A DNA stretch of 64,000 nucleotides from the sequence record NC_031039.1; one strand, 5' to 3'. The notes under the pieces were generated by a model. The model was not told the DNA's origin, searched no databases, and was given only the letters and a program-made list of their open reading frames with translations. The position numbers were made by a program, and so were the translations under genes. This document shows, piece after piece, positions 20,919-30,950 of the stretch; the stretch's first letter is position 1; the number at the start of each line of letters is the position of its first letter.

Positions 20919-21863
20919 ATGGGTAAAAAGATTAATAAAGAAATATTAGAAGAAATAATTAAAGAAAATCCTGATTGGACACAAAAACAAATAGCTGATC
21001 ATCTAAATTTATCTATATCTTATATTGGGCAGTTAATAAAAAAATATAATATTGATTATAAAGATAAAAATATAAATTACACCATAAAAGAAGAATTAAA
21101 AAAAATTATAAATGAACATCCCGATTGGTCGCAAAGAGAAATAGCTGAACACTTAGGGACAGAAAAATCCCATGTGAGTCAATTAATTAAAAAGTATAAT
21201 ATTGATTACACTATAAAAAAGAAGAATAAAAAAATAATTATTTCAAAAGAAAAATTAATTGAAATCATTAATGAACACCCTGATTGGACACAAAAACAAA
21301 TAGCTGATCATTTAGGAGTTGTAGAATCCTATATCAGTAGGCTAATAAGAAAGTATAATATAATATATGTTAAAAAAGGAAATCAAAGCAGGAATAAATT
21401 TATGGAAAAAAATTTAATTTCACAATATTTTATGAATGAAGAAATTATGGTAGATTTATTATTTTCAGTAATTAAGAATAATAATGAATTAAATCAAAAA
21501 GAAATAGCTGATCTATTAGTAAAAAGATTAATTAATGAATATAATCTAAATTATAAATTAAAAACTATAACTAAAGATGATTTATTGGATGTAATTAAAG
21601 AACATCCTGACTGGACACAAAAACAAATAGCTGATCATTTCCTAGCTCTTCCAAATACAATTAATTCTATACTAGTAAGAAATAACATCAATCAAAAAGA
21701 AATTAGAGAAGAATATATGGTTGAAAAATTAAAAGAATTAATTAAAGAGCATCCTGATTGGACTCAAGCTCAATTAGCTGAACCATTAGGAATTACAAAA
21801 ACATATGTAAGGAATTTAATTATTAAATATAAATTAGAATATAATAAGAAGAAATTAAAATAA
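20919..21863 (+). CDS. Tandem-HTH repeat protein (six repeats)
   Basis: Repeat I.EHPDWTQKQIADHL..S.I..LIKKYNI.Y; 33-bp DNA unit at 20970, 21279, 21606. Confidence 0.85.
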   Translation: MGKKINKEILEEIIKENPDWTQKQIADHLNLSISYIGQLIKKYNIDYKDKNINYTIKEELKKIINEHPDWSQREIAEHLGTEKSHVSQLIKKYNIDYTIKKKNKKIIISKEKLIEIINEHPDWTQKQIADHLGVVESYISRLIRKYNIIYVKKGNQSRNKFMEKNLISQYFMNEEIMVDLLFSVIKNNNELNQKEIADLLVKRLINEYNLNYKLKTITKDDLLDVIKEHPDWTQKQIADHFLALPNTINSILVRNNINQKEIREEYMVEKLKELIKEHPDWTQAQLAEPLGITKTYVRNLIIKYKLEYNKKKLK

Positions 21864-21868
21864 CTTTA

Positions 21869-21881
21869 AAGTTTATATTAT
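21869..21881 (+). promoter_or_regulatory. Early-type promoter AAGTTTATATTAT
   Basis: Motif variant upstream of AAA+ gene. Confidence 0.6.
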
Positions 21882-21907
21882 AAAAATGTAATAAACTAGA
21901 TAAATAA

Positions 21908-23137
21908 TTGGGAATAGAAATGGAGAGAGAAATTATTATGAAAATGTCAAATTTAATCAAAGCAATCGATATTACAGTTCAATCAGGTTCAGTACCTATG
22001 GTTATGGGTCACAGTGGTATTGGAAAATCAAGTATTGCAAAAATCTATGCAGACTTAATTCAAGAAAGAGAAAATAAAGATGTAGTATATGTTGAGTTAT
22101 TTGGTTCTGTTCTTAAAGAAGGTGAATTAACTGGTATGCCAATTAATATCACTAAAAACTATAGTGGAGAAGAATTAAATGTAACAACATATACTATTCA
22201 TACTGCAATTAGAAAACTATGGGAAGCAAATGAGGCAGGTAAAATCCCACTATTATTCTTAGATGAATTAAACCGTTCTGATATTGCAGTACAACAAGAG
22301 TTAATGCAATTAATTCTTACGAAGCAAATTAATGGAAATCCATTACCAGAAAATACTATTATGATTGCGGCAGGGAATCCAGATTCTGAAGATGATGATG
22401 GAATTGACTATCAAGTAAATACTATGAACTATGCTTTAAGAGATCGTTTTACTGATCTTCATTTAGAAGTAGACTCTGACGAATGGATTAAATGGGCGTT
22501 GCAACAAGTATCATTTTATGATAACGATGACAATCTAATTAAAACAGATTCTATGATCCACAAGAATATTATTGAGTTTATCACAAATGATCCTCTTCAG
22601 TTACATATCATTAATGCTGAAAATGAAGGTAAAAATCCAACTCCTCGTGCTTGGGAAAGAACTTCTGATGCGTATAGATATTTTGAAGAGAATTATGATA
22701 TGGAAGACAGTGATAATAAGAGAGCTTTCTGGGGAGTAGTAGAAGGAAACCTTGGGAAAAATACCGCTATTGCATTTAGAAGCTTTATTGAAGAAAATTC
22801 TAAACCAATGATTAATCCTAAGACTATTATTAATAATAAAGATTTATCTAAAGATACAAAGCTAATCGAAAAAATTAAAAATGAAACTATGGCAAGACAA
22901 AATCTATTAACTCGCTATGTATATATTCATATTGGTAATAATATCGATAAATTTAAAGAAAAAGAGTTAAATAACTTTATTACTTATCTTGATATTATTC
23001 CTGAAGAATTGTTAATGATGGCGATTAGCGAGATTAAGAGAAATCCTAATGATAACATTAGTTCTATTTTTGAAATTTTAAAAACTAATCAAACTTTTAT
23101 TCAAAAGTTTGTTAATATCATTCAAAATTTAAAATAA
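21908..23137 (+). CDS. MoxR-like AAA+ ATPase
   Basis: GHSGIGKS Walker A, LFLDELNRS Walker B, AAGNP, ALRDRF, TPRAWE. Confidence 0.9.
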   Translation: MGIEMEREIIMKMSNLIKAIDITVQSGSVPMVMGHSGIGKSSIAKIYADLIQERENKDVVYVELFGSVLKEGELTGMPINITKNYSGEELNVTTYTIHTAIRKLWEANEAGKIPLLFLDELNRSDIAVQQELMQLILTKQINGNPLPENTIMIAAGNPDSEDDDGIDYQVNTMNYALRDRFTDLHLEVDSDEWIKWALQQVSFYDNDDNLIKTDSMIHKNIIEFITNDPLQLHIINAENEGKNPTPRAWERTSDAYRYFEENYDMEDSDNKRAFWGVVEGNLGKNTAIAFRSFIEENSKPMINPKTIINNKDLSKDTKLIEKIKNETMARQNLLTRYVYIHIGNNIDKFKEKELNNFITYLDIIPEELLMMAISEIKRNPNDNISSIFEILKTNQTFIQKFVNIIQNLK

Positions 23138-23161
23138 TAGATATAAAAAGGGGAAGTAAAA

Positions 23162-24586
23162 ATGACTATTCTTAATAGTGATAATAAAAATGAAATTTAT
23201 GAGTATCTAAAATCAATATATATTAAAGCAGATGCTCCTTCAGTTCAAGTCTCAGAAAATAATCAAAAGTTAATAGAGAGATATTTCTCTCTATTAACTA
23301 CTTCCCTGATCTTAAATGATCGGGATGGAGATAGTAGATTCTATGCTTATTTTTTGTCTTCTGTTAAAAGAACTATTATTCACGATCAGTATTTTGCTCC
23401 TGCCGCAGTATATTATGATGATAATAGAATGACATTTGTGTTATTATTAAATCCATATAAATTATTCTTATTTGAACAAGATGAGATCGTTGCTGTACTA
23501 ATGCATGAATTGCTTCATGTTGCAAATAGCCATATCTATAGACACAAAGTTTTATCTACTAGATATAATAAACTTGATATGCAAAAAGTTAATATTGCAA
23601 TGGATTGTGCAATTAATCAATTTATTAAAAATTTACCTAATGGTACAATTACACTTAAATCAGTTAGAGAAATGACTGGAATAAAGAATATTAGATCTAA
23701 AGCAAATTTTGAATATTATTTAGAATTATTATTAAAAAGTAAAAAAGTTAATAAAAATAATAAATCTAATGGTCAAAGTTCAAAAAATTCAGAAGACCCT
23801 AATGAATTAAACGATAATGATGTTGATTCTGATGGAAATCTAACTGAAAGTGGTAAAGAAAAAAGATTATCACAATCAAGAAATCATGCTCATGATAAAT
23901 GGGATGAAATTGAATCTAGTAAAACAGTAGAGAAAGAGATGTCAGAGAAATTAAAAGATATTCTTCAAGATATTAAAAATAGAAATAGAGGTAATCTTCC
24001 TAATAATATGGAAGGTATCTTACAATCATTATTAGGTAAACAAGAAATCGCATGGCAAAAAATATTTAAAAATATGATCGGTGGATTAAAGGTTCCATTT
24101 AAAAGAACTCCCATGCGTAGAAGTAGAAGACAACCTGATAGACCTGATGTACTGGGAAGGATCTCGGACAGAGAATGTAAAGTTGCAGTTGCTTTGGATA
24201 TGTCAGGATCAATGACAAATGAAGAATTAGCATGGTCACTTAATGAAGTAATTGGTTTATTAAAAGGGAAGAAATCAACTGTTACTATCATTCATTTTGA
24301 TTCAGAGGTTGGAACTGTCTATGATGTTAGAAAAAAGAATGACATTAAATTTAAAAGGGATAAGCAAGGTGGTACAGAATTTTCTCCTGTAATAAAATAT
24401 GTAAATAAAAATTTACCTAAAACAGATGTTTTAGTAGTCTTTACTGACGGTTATGGTGAATATGAATTAGAGGAAAAACCAAATTGTCAAATGTTGTGGA
24501 TTATCACAAGAGGAAATGAATTATCTGTTCGAAAGCCATATGGTAAGATAAGATACAATAATTATAAGGAGGAAAAAGATGAATAA
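23162..24586 (+). CDS. DUF2201-type metallopeptidase + VWA-domain protein
   Basis: MHELLHV..H, NIAMDCAIN, ALDMSGSM (MIDAS), QGGTEF, VFTDGYG. Confidence 0.9.
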   Translation: MTILNSDNKNEIYEYLKSIYIKADAPSVQVSENNQKLIERYFSLLTTSLILNDRDGDSRFYAYFLSSVKRTIIHDQYFAPAAVYYDDNRMTFVLLLNPYKLFLFEQDEIVAVLMHELLHVANSHIYRHKVLSTRYNKLDMQKVNIAMDCAINQFIKNLPNGTITLKSVREMTGIKNIRSKANFEYYLELLLKSKKVNKNNKSNGQSSKNSEDPNELNDNDVDSDGNLTESGKEKRLSQSRNHAHDKWDEIESSKTVEKEMSEKLKDILQDIKNRNRGNLPNNMEGILQSLLGKQEIAWQKIFKNMIGGLKVPFKRTPMRRSRRQPDRPDVLGRISDRECKVAVALDMSGSMTNEELAWSLNEVIGLLKGKKSTVTIIHFDSEVGTVYDVRKKNDIKFKRDKQGGTEFSPVIKYVNKNLPKTDVLVVFTDGYGEYELEEKPNCQMLWIITRGNELSVRKPYGKIRYNNYKEEKDE

Positions 24587-25259
24587 TTGGTTGCATACTA
24601 GAACGATAAGTGATGATGATACTATCATCACTTATCCTTTCATTTGTATTAGTGATCCTTATAGTGGTTTCGGTAATTCTAGAGAGCTTGAAAATATGTT
24701 TGACCTTTTCAGAGAATTTCTAAAGAGAAAAGGATATGTACTTAAATTTGATGAAGGATATAGTAAAGAATCAATTTCTAAATATTTTGAATTCCGATTA
24801 GAAGACTTTAAAGAAAGATTACCTAAAATTATTGATAGTCTTAAAGGAAGATATTTAATTTTTGAGGAGTTTGGATATTATAGAGAAAACAAGGGGAATT
24901 TTCGTTTAGCATATCTTTTATCAGAATATAAAAATATACATAAAGATTTTTTCAATATTTTAATTCCCACTACCATTTCCCTTAGAAATGATTCAGATAT
25001 TAATAAATTTATTAATAATTTTTTAAGTAAATTTAAGGAATCATTATTTAAGGCTATTCTATATATGATTGAATATTTTGAAAGTAATAATCTGTTGAAT
25101 TACTTAGAATCAATAGAGAAATACATTCTGATTAACGGTTTAAGACAATATGTTGATTATGATAAATATGCATATTTATATGAAAATGATCCTAAATTTA
25201 AAAATAGTTTAGAAAGAGTAAGAAAATATGAAGCTATGAATATATTAAATGAATTATAG
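24579..25259 (+). CDS. Paralog family A member 1 (unknown function)
   Basis: Shares C-terminal KFKESLFKAILYMIEYFE...FKNSLERVRKYEAMNILNEL with downstream genes; start overlaps VWA stop. Confidence 0.8.
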   Translation: MNNWLHTRTISDDDTIITYPFICISDPYSGFGNSRELENMFDLFREFLKRKGYVLKFDEGYSKESISKYFEFRLEDFKERLPKIIDSLKGRYLIFEEFGYYRENKGNFRLAYLLSEYKNIHKDFFNILIPTTISLRNDSDINKFINNFLSKFKESLFKAILYMIEYFESNNLLNYLESIEKYILINGLRQYVDYDKYAYLYENDPKFKNSLERVRKYEAMNILNEL

Positions 25260-25271
25260 GAGGTTATTATA

Positions 25272-26423
25272 TTGAGCATTATTGAATCTCTAAAGGAATT
25301 ATTATTAGACGTTGATGAAGATAATAATATAATTATAATGGAGGACAATGATCTGGTCAGCAATGAATATATAATTAGTATGCTAAATGATATAAATAAA
25401 GAAAGAAAATTTCTTTTTGTAGAAAATGATATAGTATATTTTGATGCATCATTTATAATATTTAATGTTTGGTCTTATAAGAAGAATCAAGCAATTAATA
25501 GCTATTTTCATTTTAGTCATACTGAATTTGCCAACTATGTTATTAGTAGTATTATTAAAAAATTAATAGACAGCGATCACATAACTTTAGATATCATTTC
25601 AGATAAATTAAATCAAATGACCTTATTAAAATCAGGATTAAGAGTATATCCAGATGATGAAGACTATTCAATGTTAAAAACTATTAATAGTGTTGGATAT
25701 GAGTTAGCAAGTTATATTTACGATCATGAATTTATTAAGAGATCTCTTGATAAGTCACCTATAGATGATGTTTATAGATCAGCTGATCAATCAGTATTTA
25801 GTAAACCCACAATACATGAATCTAAGTTAAATTTAACTAGACCAGATTTAGATATTCTCTATTTTCCTTTAATTAAGGATTTTAAGACAAACTCAGTATC
25901 TATAACTTTAATGCAAGATTATAAGTTATTATTTAATGATCTAAAATTAAAAAAAGAAGAATTAATTAATGAATACTTTAAAGATATTCTAGAAGACACT
26001 AAAAAGAGATTAACGGTTGTTAAAGAACAAAGGGTATATAAGCATGAATTAAATTCAAATTATATTCATTTAATTCAATTAGTTAGAGGTAAAGTTACTA
26101 AAACTAGAAAAAATAAAATAAATAAACAATTATCAACTTCTAGAGCAAGATTCTTTGGGAAAAAAGAGAATTATTTTGAGGGAAAATTTAGGGAAACAAT
26201 TTTTAAAATAATACTCTTTATGATTGAATATTTTGAAAAAGAAAATTTGGAGAAACAATTAGAATCAATTGAAAAAGCATTTTCTTTAAAAATATTTAAG
26301 AATTATATTGGTTATTATGAATATGATGATATTCGAATAAGTTATTTGAATGATGATAAATTTGCTAAAAGCAGAGAAAGAATATCTAGATATGAAGCAG
26401 AAGAACTCTTAGAACAACTTTAA
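25272..26423 (+). CDS. Paralog family A member 2
   Basis: RPDLDILYFPLIKDF...KFRETIFKIILFMIEYFE...RISRYEAEELLEQL; TTG start. Confidence 0.8.
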   Translation: MSIIESLKELLLDVDEDNNIIIMEDNDLVSNEYIISMLNDINKERKFLFVENDIVYFDASFIIFNVWSYKKNQAINSYFHFSHTEFANYVISSIIKKLIDSDHITLDIISDKLNQMTLLKSGLRVYPDDEDYSMLKTINSVGYELASYIYDHEFIKRSLDKSPIDDVYRSADQSVFSKPTIHESKLNLTRPDLDILYFPLIKDFKTNSVSITLMQDYKLLFNDLKLKKEELINEYFKDILEDTKKRLTVVKEQRVYKHELNSNYIHLIQLVRGKVTKTRKNKINKQLSTSRARFFGKKENYFEGKFRETIFKIILFMIEYFEKENLEKQLESIEKAFSLKIFKNYIGYYEYDDIRISYLNDDKFAKSRERISRYEAEELLEQL

Positions 26424-26424
26424 T

Positions 26425-26460
26425 TTAGAATGATATCCTTTTTATAGGATATCATTCTAA
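26425..26460. terminator. Hairpin between convergent genes
   Basis: 15-bp stem TTAGAATGATATCCT/AGGATATCATTCTAA. Confidence 0.8.
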
Positions 26461-26467
26461 TAATTTT

Positions 26468-26914
26468 TTATACTGCGTCTTCATCAATAACTACTTCTCT
26501 GTCAGTCTTAGTTACTTTTTGTAATATCCAAGTAGGAAAAGTAAGTTCATGAATACCAGTGAAAGTTTGTCTATGATGTTTTAAACATAATACAATTAAA
26601 TTTCTAATATCATCTACAGTTGTAATAGGTACTTCATTTAATTTTTTTCCATATCCGTAAATATCAAACAACTCTACGAGTTCTTTTAATTTATCATAGT
26701 CACAGACATTTTGCATAGACCAACTACATAGGAAATGATGAACTTCTAAATGTTCAGTGTTTTCACATATCCAACACTTATAATGACCATCTTCTTTTAA
26801 TCTTTTTTTAGATTTTCTAAACGTAGATGATTCTTTTCTTTCTTCATGTTCAGGAATTAAAACACTTTCTTTTAATGTAGTTCTATCAATATGTTCTGCG
26901 ATTATTTTACTCAT
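26468..26914 (-). CDS. HNH-like zinc-binding protein
   Basis: CWIC..EHLEVHH...NLIVLCLKHH..GIH. Confidence 0.7.
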   Translation of the reverse strand: MSKIIAEHIDRTTLKESVLIPEHEERKESSTFRKSKKRLKEDGHYKCWICENTEHLEVHHFLCSWSMQNVCDYDKLKELVELFDIYGYGKKLNEVPITTVDDIRNLIVLCLKHHRQTFTGIHELTFPTWILQKVTKTDREVVIDEDAV

Positions 26915-26934
26915 ATTACCACCCCTTCTAGCTA

Positions 26935-26946
26935 TATTATTATGTT
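26935..26946 (-). promoter_or_regulatory. Late-type promoter AACA-taataa-TA
   Basis: Motif match upstream of HNH gene. Confidence 0.55.
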
Positions 26947-26959
26947 TAAAAAAATTTAA

Positions 26960-26972
26960 AAATATATATTAT
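26960..26972 (+). promoter_or_regulatory. Early-type promoter AAATATATATTAT
   Basis: Exact consensus upstream of 27020. Confidence 0.75.
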
Positions 26973-27019
26973 ACTTTTGATACTAAATAATTTGAGAAAT
27001 AATATTAGGAGGACTATTT

Positions 27020-27190
27020 ATGACAGATACTCAAAAACTAATTGAATTAGGTTTTGACTTTGATTCACAAGGAATATTTATTTTTGATGAATCTAAAGAG
27101 GTCAAAGATATAATTAATAGTAATGAGTTTTCTAGAAGTATGAAGAAAATTAAAGAATATGAGGCAATTAATATAATGGAATCATTATAA
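27020..27190 (+). CDS. Paralog family A mini-member (56 aa), not in ORF track
   Basis: AGGAGG SD; MTDTQKLIELGFDF...FSRSMKKIKEYEAINIMESL carries the family C-terminal tail. Confidence 0.8.
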   Translation: MTDTQKLIELGFDFDSQGIFIFDESKEVKDIINSNEFSRSMKKIKEYEAINIMESL

Positions 27191-27206
27191 ATATGGAGGA
27201 TGAGAA

Positions 27207-28436
27207 ATGGATATAAAAAAAGAATTAGAAAAATTAGGAATTGTATTAAAAAAGGATGAAACTTCTTCAAAAAATAGTTATAATTTATATATGACTAAGG
27301 ATGCAGAAGAAAAACTTATCCCATATCATGAAAGACTTATTATAGAGAGATTAAATACTCCTTTTACCCTTTATCAAACTGATTCAGGGCAACATATATT
27401 TAAGCTACACTTATTTAAGTTAATTGATAATAAAATAATAATAGATATTGAAAAATTATCTATACAAACAGAATATTCTAACTTAGAATATATGGAGATT
27501 CTTATATTTCTCTCTGTAACAGAAAAATTATTAGACTATAATTTTCCTTTGTCATTTGGTAATAATTTATTTCGTAATTATATCTTAAACTCATATTGCA
27601 TGAGTGAGAATCTAATTGAAGAAAATTTAGATAATATCATTAAGTATCAAAGTAATGATTTACTTAATGATAATGATGACGCAACACTAGAATACTATAT
27701 TGACATGCGTGTATCTATAATTAGATCTAAAGTTGTTAGAAGATGTTATAACCTAGATTATTGTACTAAGAATAGATTTATTTCAAATCCAGTTTATAGA
27801 TATTTTAATGATATAAATAATGAAAAAATAAATTTATATCGTCCTGATTTAAATCTTTTTTATGTTCCATTCACTAATGTTAACTTTGGAAATTCTAATA
27901 TTTCAGGTTTATTATTAGATTATATTATTTTAAATAAGGATCAAAAATTTGAATCTAAAGATAAGATTGATAAGTATTTTGATGAGTTAGTAAATGATTT
28001 TTTAAAAAGATTAGAATCAGATCCATCAAAATTATTTGAAAATTTGTCAACTCGTAGTCGTGGTCCATATTATAATATAGCATTTAGTCTTACTTATGAA
28101 GCTAATTTTATTAAAACAAAATTAAATTTTTCTCCCTCTAATCAACATCCTTTAAACAAAAAAAGAAATAAAAAAGGCGTTTATGGTATTGATTATTTTG
28201 ATAGTAAAATGAGGGAATCTTTATTTAAAGTTATTACAATCTTAATAAAACATTTTGAAACTTTAAATCAAAACTCATTTTTAGAGAAAATGGAAAAGAC
28301 ATTAGCTACTAATGAAATACAAAATTATATTGGTTATAATGTTTATCCAGAATTATATTTTAATAATCCACAATTCAAGGATAGCTTAAAAAGAGTTAAA
28401 CAATATGAAGCATTAAGTATATTAGATACTATTTGA
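27207..28436 (+). CDS. Paralog family A member 4
   Basis: RPDLNLFYVPF...KMRESLFKVITILIKHFE...FKDSLKRVKQYEALSILDTI. Confidence 0.8.
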   Translation: MDIKKELEKLGIVLKKDETSSKNSYNLYMTKDAEEKLIPYHERLIIERLNTPFTLYQTDSGQHIFKLHLFKLIDNKIIIDIEKLSIQTEYSNLEYMEILIFLSVTEKLLDYNFPLSFGNNLFRNYILNSYCMSENLIEENLDNIIKYQSNDLLNDNDDATLEYYIDMRVSIIRSKVVRRCYNLDYCTKNRFISNPVYRYFNDINNEKINLYRPDLNLFYVPFTNVNFGNSNISGLLLDYIILNKDQKFESKDKIDKYFDELVNDFLKRLESDPSKLFENLSTRSRGPYYNIAFSLTYEANFIKTKLNFSPSNQHPLNKKRNKKGVYGIDYFDSKMRESLFKVITILIKHFETLNQNSFLEKMEKTLATNEIQNYIGYNVYPELYFNNPQFKDSLKRVKQYEALSILDTI

Positions 28437-29680
28437 GGGGGATAAATATGATTAAAATTGAAGAAAGATTAAAACAGTATAAAATTAATATTAGAAATAA
28501 TCAACTTTATTTGAGTGAAGATAGTGCTAAATATATTTTAGATAGAAAATTATTGGATTATTATAATTATATATTAAATGAATCTAATAAAAGTGAATAT
28601 TTATTTAAATATAGTCTTACTGCCCGTGGAATAAGAATTGATAATGATAATAAAATAATTGTTGAACCTAATCTCATGGTATATCAGAAACACTGGGGAT
28701 GGACAAATCCACCTGAAATTAATACAATAATTAAAGTACTCATTATAAGTGAATTAATAAATAAATTGATGGATGAAGGTTATGAAGTATTTTTAGGTAA
28801 TAATACATCAAAGGAAAGAAATCTTGAATTATTTAGGTGGATGCAAAGTCAATATAATAAAATGCACAAATTATCTGGTATTGATAATTCTTTAAATGCT
28901 AGAGAAGTATTTAAAGACATATCTGAGTATTTACATATTTCAACTAGAATGCTAAGTGATAGAATTCTCAGGAATAGTTATACTAAGGAATATGTAATTA
29001 ATGCGAGACCCTCTAAGGCTTTTAGACCACCATATACATTATTCAATATCTGCTTTCATGATTTGGAACTAGATTCTAAATTGAATAGATTAGATCTTGA
29101 TTTATACTATATACCTTTTATTAAAGATATTGTTAATAATCAATTTGGTATTGCATTAATGAAAGACTATGTTCTTTTAAATAATGATAGCGATCTTGAA
29201 AATTTTGATAAAATAGATAAATATTTTGATGAATTATTACAAGATGCAGAAACAAGATTACCGATAATATCTAATATTGAAATTAAAACTAAATCTACAG
29301 CAAGTGTATATTTTCAGCTAATTGATATTAAAGATATAAGACAAGTTACAATTATTAAAAGAATAAAATCAAAATATAAAGTAACTTCTAGGAACAAACA
29401 TCCATTATCAAAATATAAAACCTTAAAAGGTTCTCAATATTTTAGTGCAAAATTGAGAGAATCACAATTTAAAGCACTATTATTAATGATAAAATACTTT
29501 GAAGAACATTGTAATAAAAATGATTTAGCTAGAGCAGAAAAAATATTATCACTTAAAGAAGTTCAAAATTATCTTGGCTATGAACACTATAAGCATTTAT
29601 ATGAAGATAATCCAAAATTTAAAAATAGTTTTAAAAGAGTAAAAGATTTAGAAGCTATTGAATTATTAGAGAATCTATAA
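28433..29680 (+). CDS. Paralog family A member 5
   Basis: RLDLDLYYIPFIKD...KLRESQFKALLLMIKYFE...FKNSFKRVKDLEAIELLENL; start may be ATG 28448. Confidence 0.8.
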   Translation: MRGINMIKIEERLKQYKINIRNNQLYLSEDSAKYILDRKLLDYYNYILNESNKSEYLFKYSLTARGIRIDNDNKIIVEPNLMVYQKHWGWTNPPEINTIIKVLIISELINKLMDEGYEVFLGNNTSKERNLELFRWMQSQYNKMHKLSGIDNSLNAREVFKDISEYLHISTRMLSDRILRNSYTKEYVINARPSKAFRPPYTLFNICFHDLELDSKLNRLDLDLYYIPFIKDIVNNQFGIALMKDYVLLNNDSDLENFDKIDKYFDELLQDAETRLPIISNIEIKTKSTASVYFQLIDIKDIRQVTIIKRIKSKYKVTSRNKHPLSKYKTLKGSQYFSAKLRESQFKALLLMIKYFEEHCNKNDLARAEKILSLKEVQNYLGYEHYKHLYEDNPKFKNSFKRVKDLEAIELLENL

Positions 29681-29694
29681 TTGGGGGATTTAAA

Positions 29695-30840
29695 ATGCCT
29701 GAATTTAATTTAATGGAAAATGTAATTGAAGTAATAGAGGTTCCAAGTGGTAGTAAATCTGGTTTATTCCCAAGAAAGAGAGAATCTGGTTTTGATAAAA
29801 TATTAAGGCAAGAAATTGTACCAGCTCAAAAGAATCATCTTGATACAATTATAAAACGAATGAAAGCAATAGGCTATGATAAAATTGCTGTACTTAACAC
29901 AAATATTCAATTTTATTGGGAGATAACTACAGTCGAATATCCTTTTAATAATGATAATCAGCTACATATAACATTAGTCAATAAAGAAAATACTATTGAA
30001 TATTTAAGTTTAGTAAATCTTAAATCTGGATTTTTCTCAGATAGAAAATTTAATAACCTAACAAAGAGACTCCAAGATTCAGGAGAAGATATTGGAAAGA
30101 TTATGAGAGCATATATAGAATATAATTTACCATATTACTTTTCAAGAAATTATGAGAAATATGAAAAGGAGAATGAAGAAATGAAAAAAGAAAATAATGA
30201 AGTTAACGATAAAATTAATAATAAAGAGGTAAATATTCTACTAGCCCCATTGGTAAAAGATTTCTTAGGAACAATTGGTAGTATTGCAATATTAAGAAAT
30301 TTTAGTGAGTATTATGAAGACAAGTATATTGAGGATAAAAATAAAGTTGATAAGTATTTTAATGAATTAATTGATGATGTAAAAACGTTATTAAAAACTA
30401 AAAATGATATCACATTAATTGATCCTAATCCAAAAAATAATAAGTATATTAATCTTGTTAAAATTATGAAAGGAGAAGAATTAGTATTTAAGAATATTAA
30501 AAGAAGCCTATCAATTAATAGAAATAGTAAACATCCTTTATTAAGAAGTGAGTTTGAACCACTCCATTCAGAGTATTTTGAAGGAAAATACAGAGAGTAT
30601 ATTTTTAGAACAATGCTTGTATTAATTGAATTCTTTGAGAATAGTTTCAAGGAAAATCCAATGGCAACTAAACATTCTGAATTTCTTAACAATATTGAAA
30701 AAGCTTTATCTAAAGACGAAATAAAAGAATATGTTGGTTATGATTTGTTTAAATCTGATTATGAGAATAATCCTATCTTTGAAGAAAGCTTAAAGCGTGT
30801 TAAAGAACATTCAGCTGTTGATATATTAGAATCCCTATAA
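29695..30840 (+). CDS. Paralog family A member 6
   Basis: ILLAPLVKDF...KYREYIFRTMLVLIEFFE...FEESLKRVKEHSAVDILESL. Confidence 0.8.
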   Translation: MPEFNLMENVIEVIEVPSGSKSGLFPRKRESGFDKILRQEIVPAQKNHLDTIIKRMKAIGYDKIAVLNTNIQFYWEITTVEYPFNNDNQLHITLVNKENTIEYLSLVNLKSGFFSDRKFNNLTKRLQDSGEDIGKIMRAYIEYNLPYYFSRNYEKYEKENEEMKKENNEVNDKINNKEVNILLAPLVKDFLGTIGSIAILRNFSEYYEDKYIEDKNKVDKYFNELIDDVKTLLKTKNDITLIDPNPKNNKYINLVKIMKGEELVFKNIKRSLSINRNSKHPLLRSEFEPLHSEYFEGKYREYIFRTMLVLIEFFENSFKENPMATKHSEFLNNIEKALSKDEIKEYVGYDLFKSDYENNPIFEESLKRVKEHSAVDILESL

Positions 30841-30950
30841 TAAATTCCTCTAAATCTGACAATACTATAGTTTACTATGCCATGGCATTGTCATTACAAA
30901 ATCTAAGAATTAACAACATGAAGATGACATCACTTAAGGAGGAATTTATC

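Noticed and set aside
27031-27270. 79-aa minus-strand ORF
   Set aside because: Antisense to the better-supported 27020-27190 mini-paralog.
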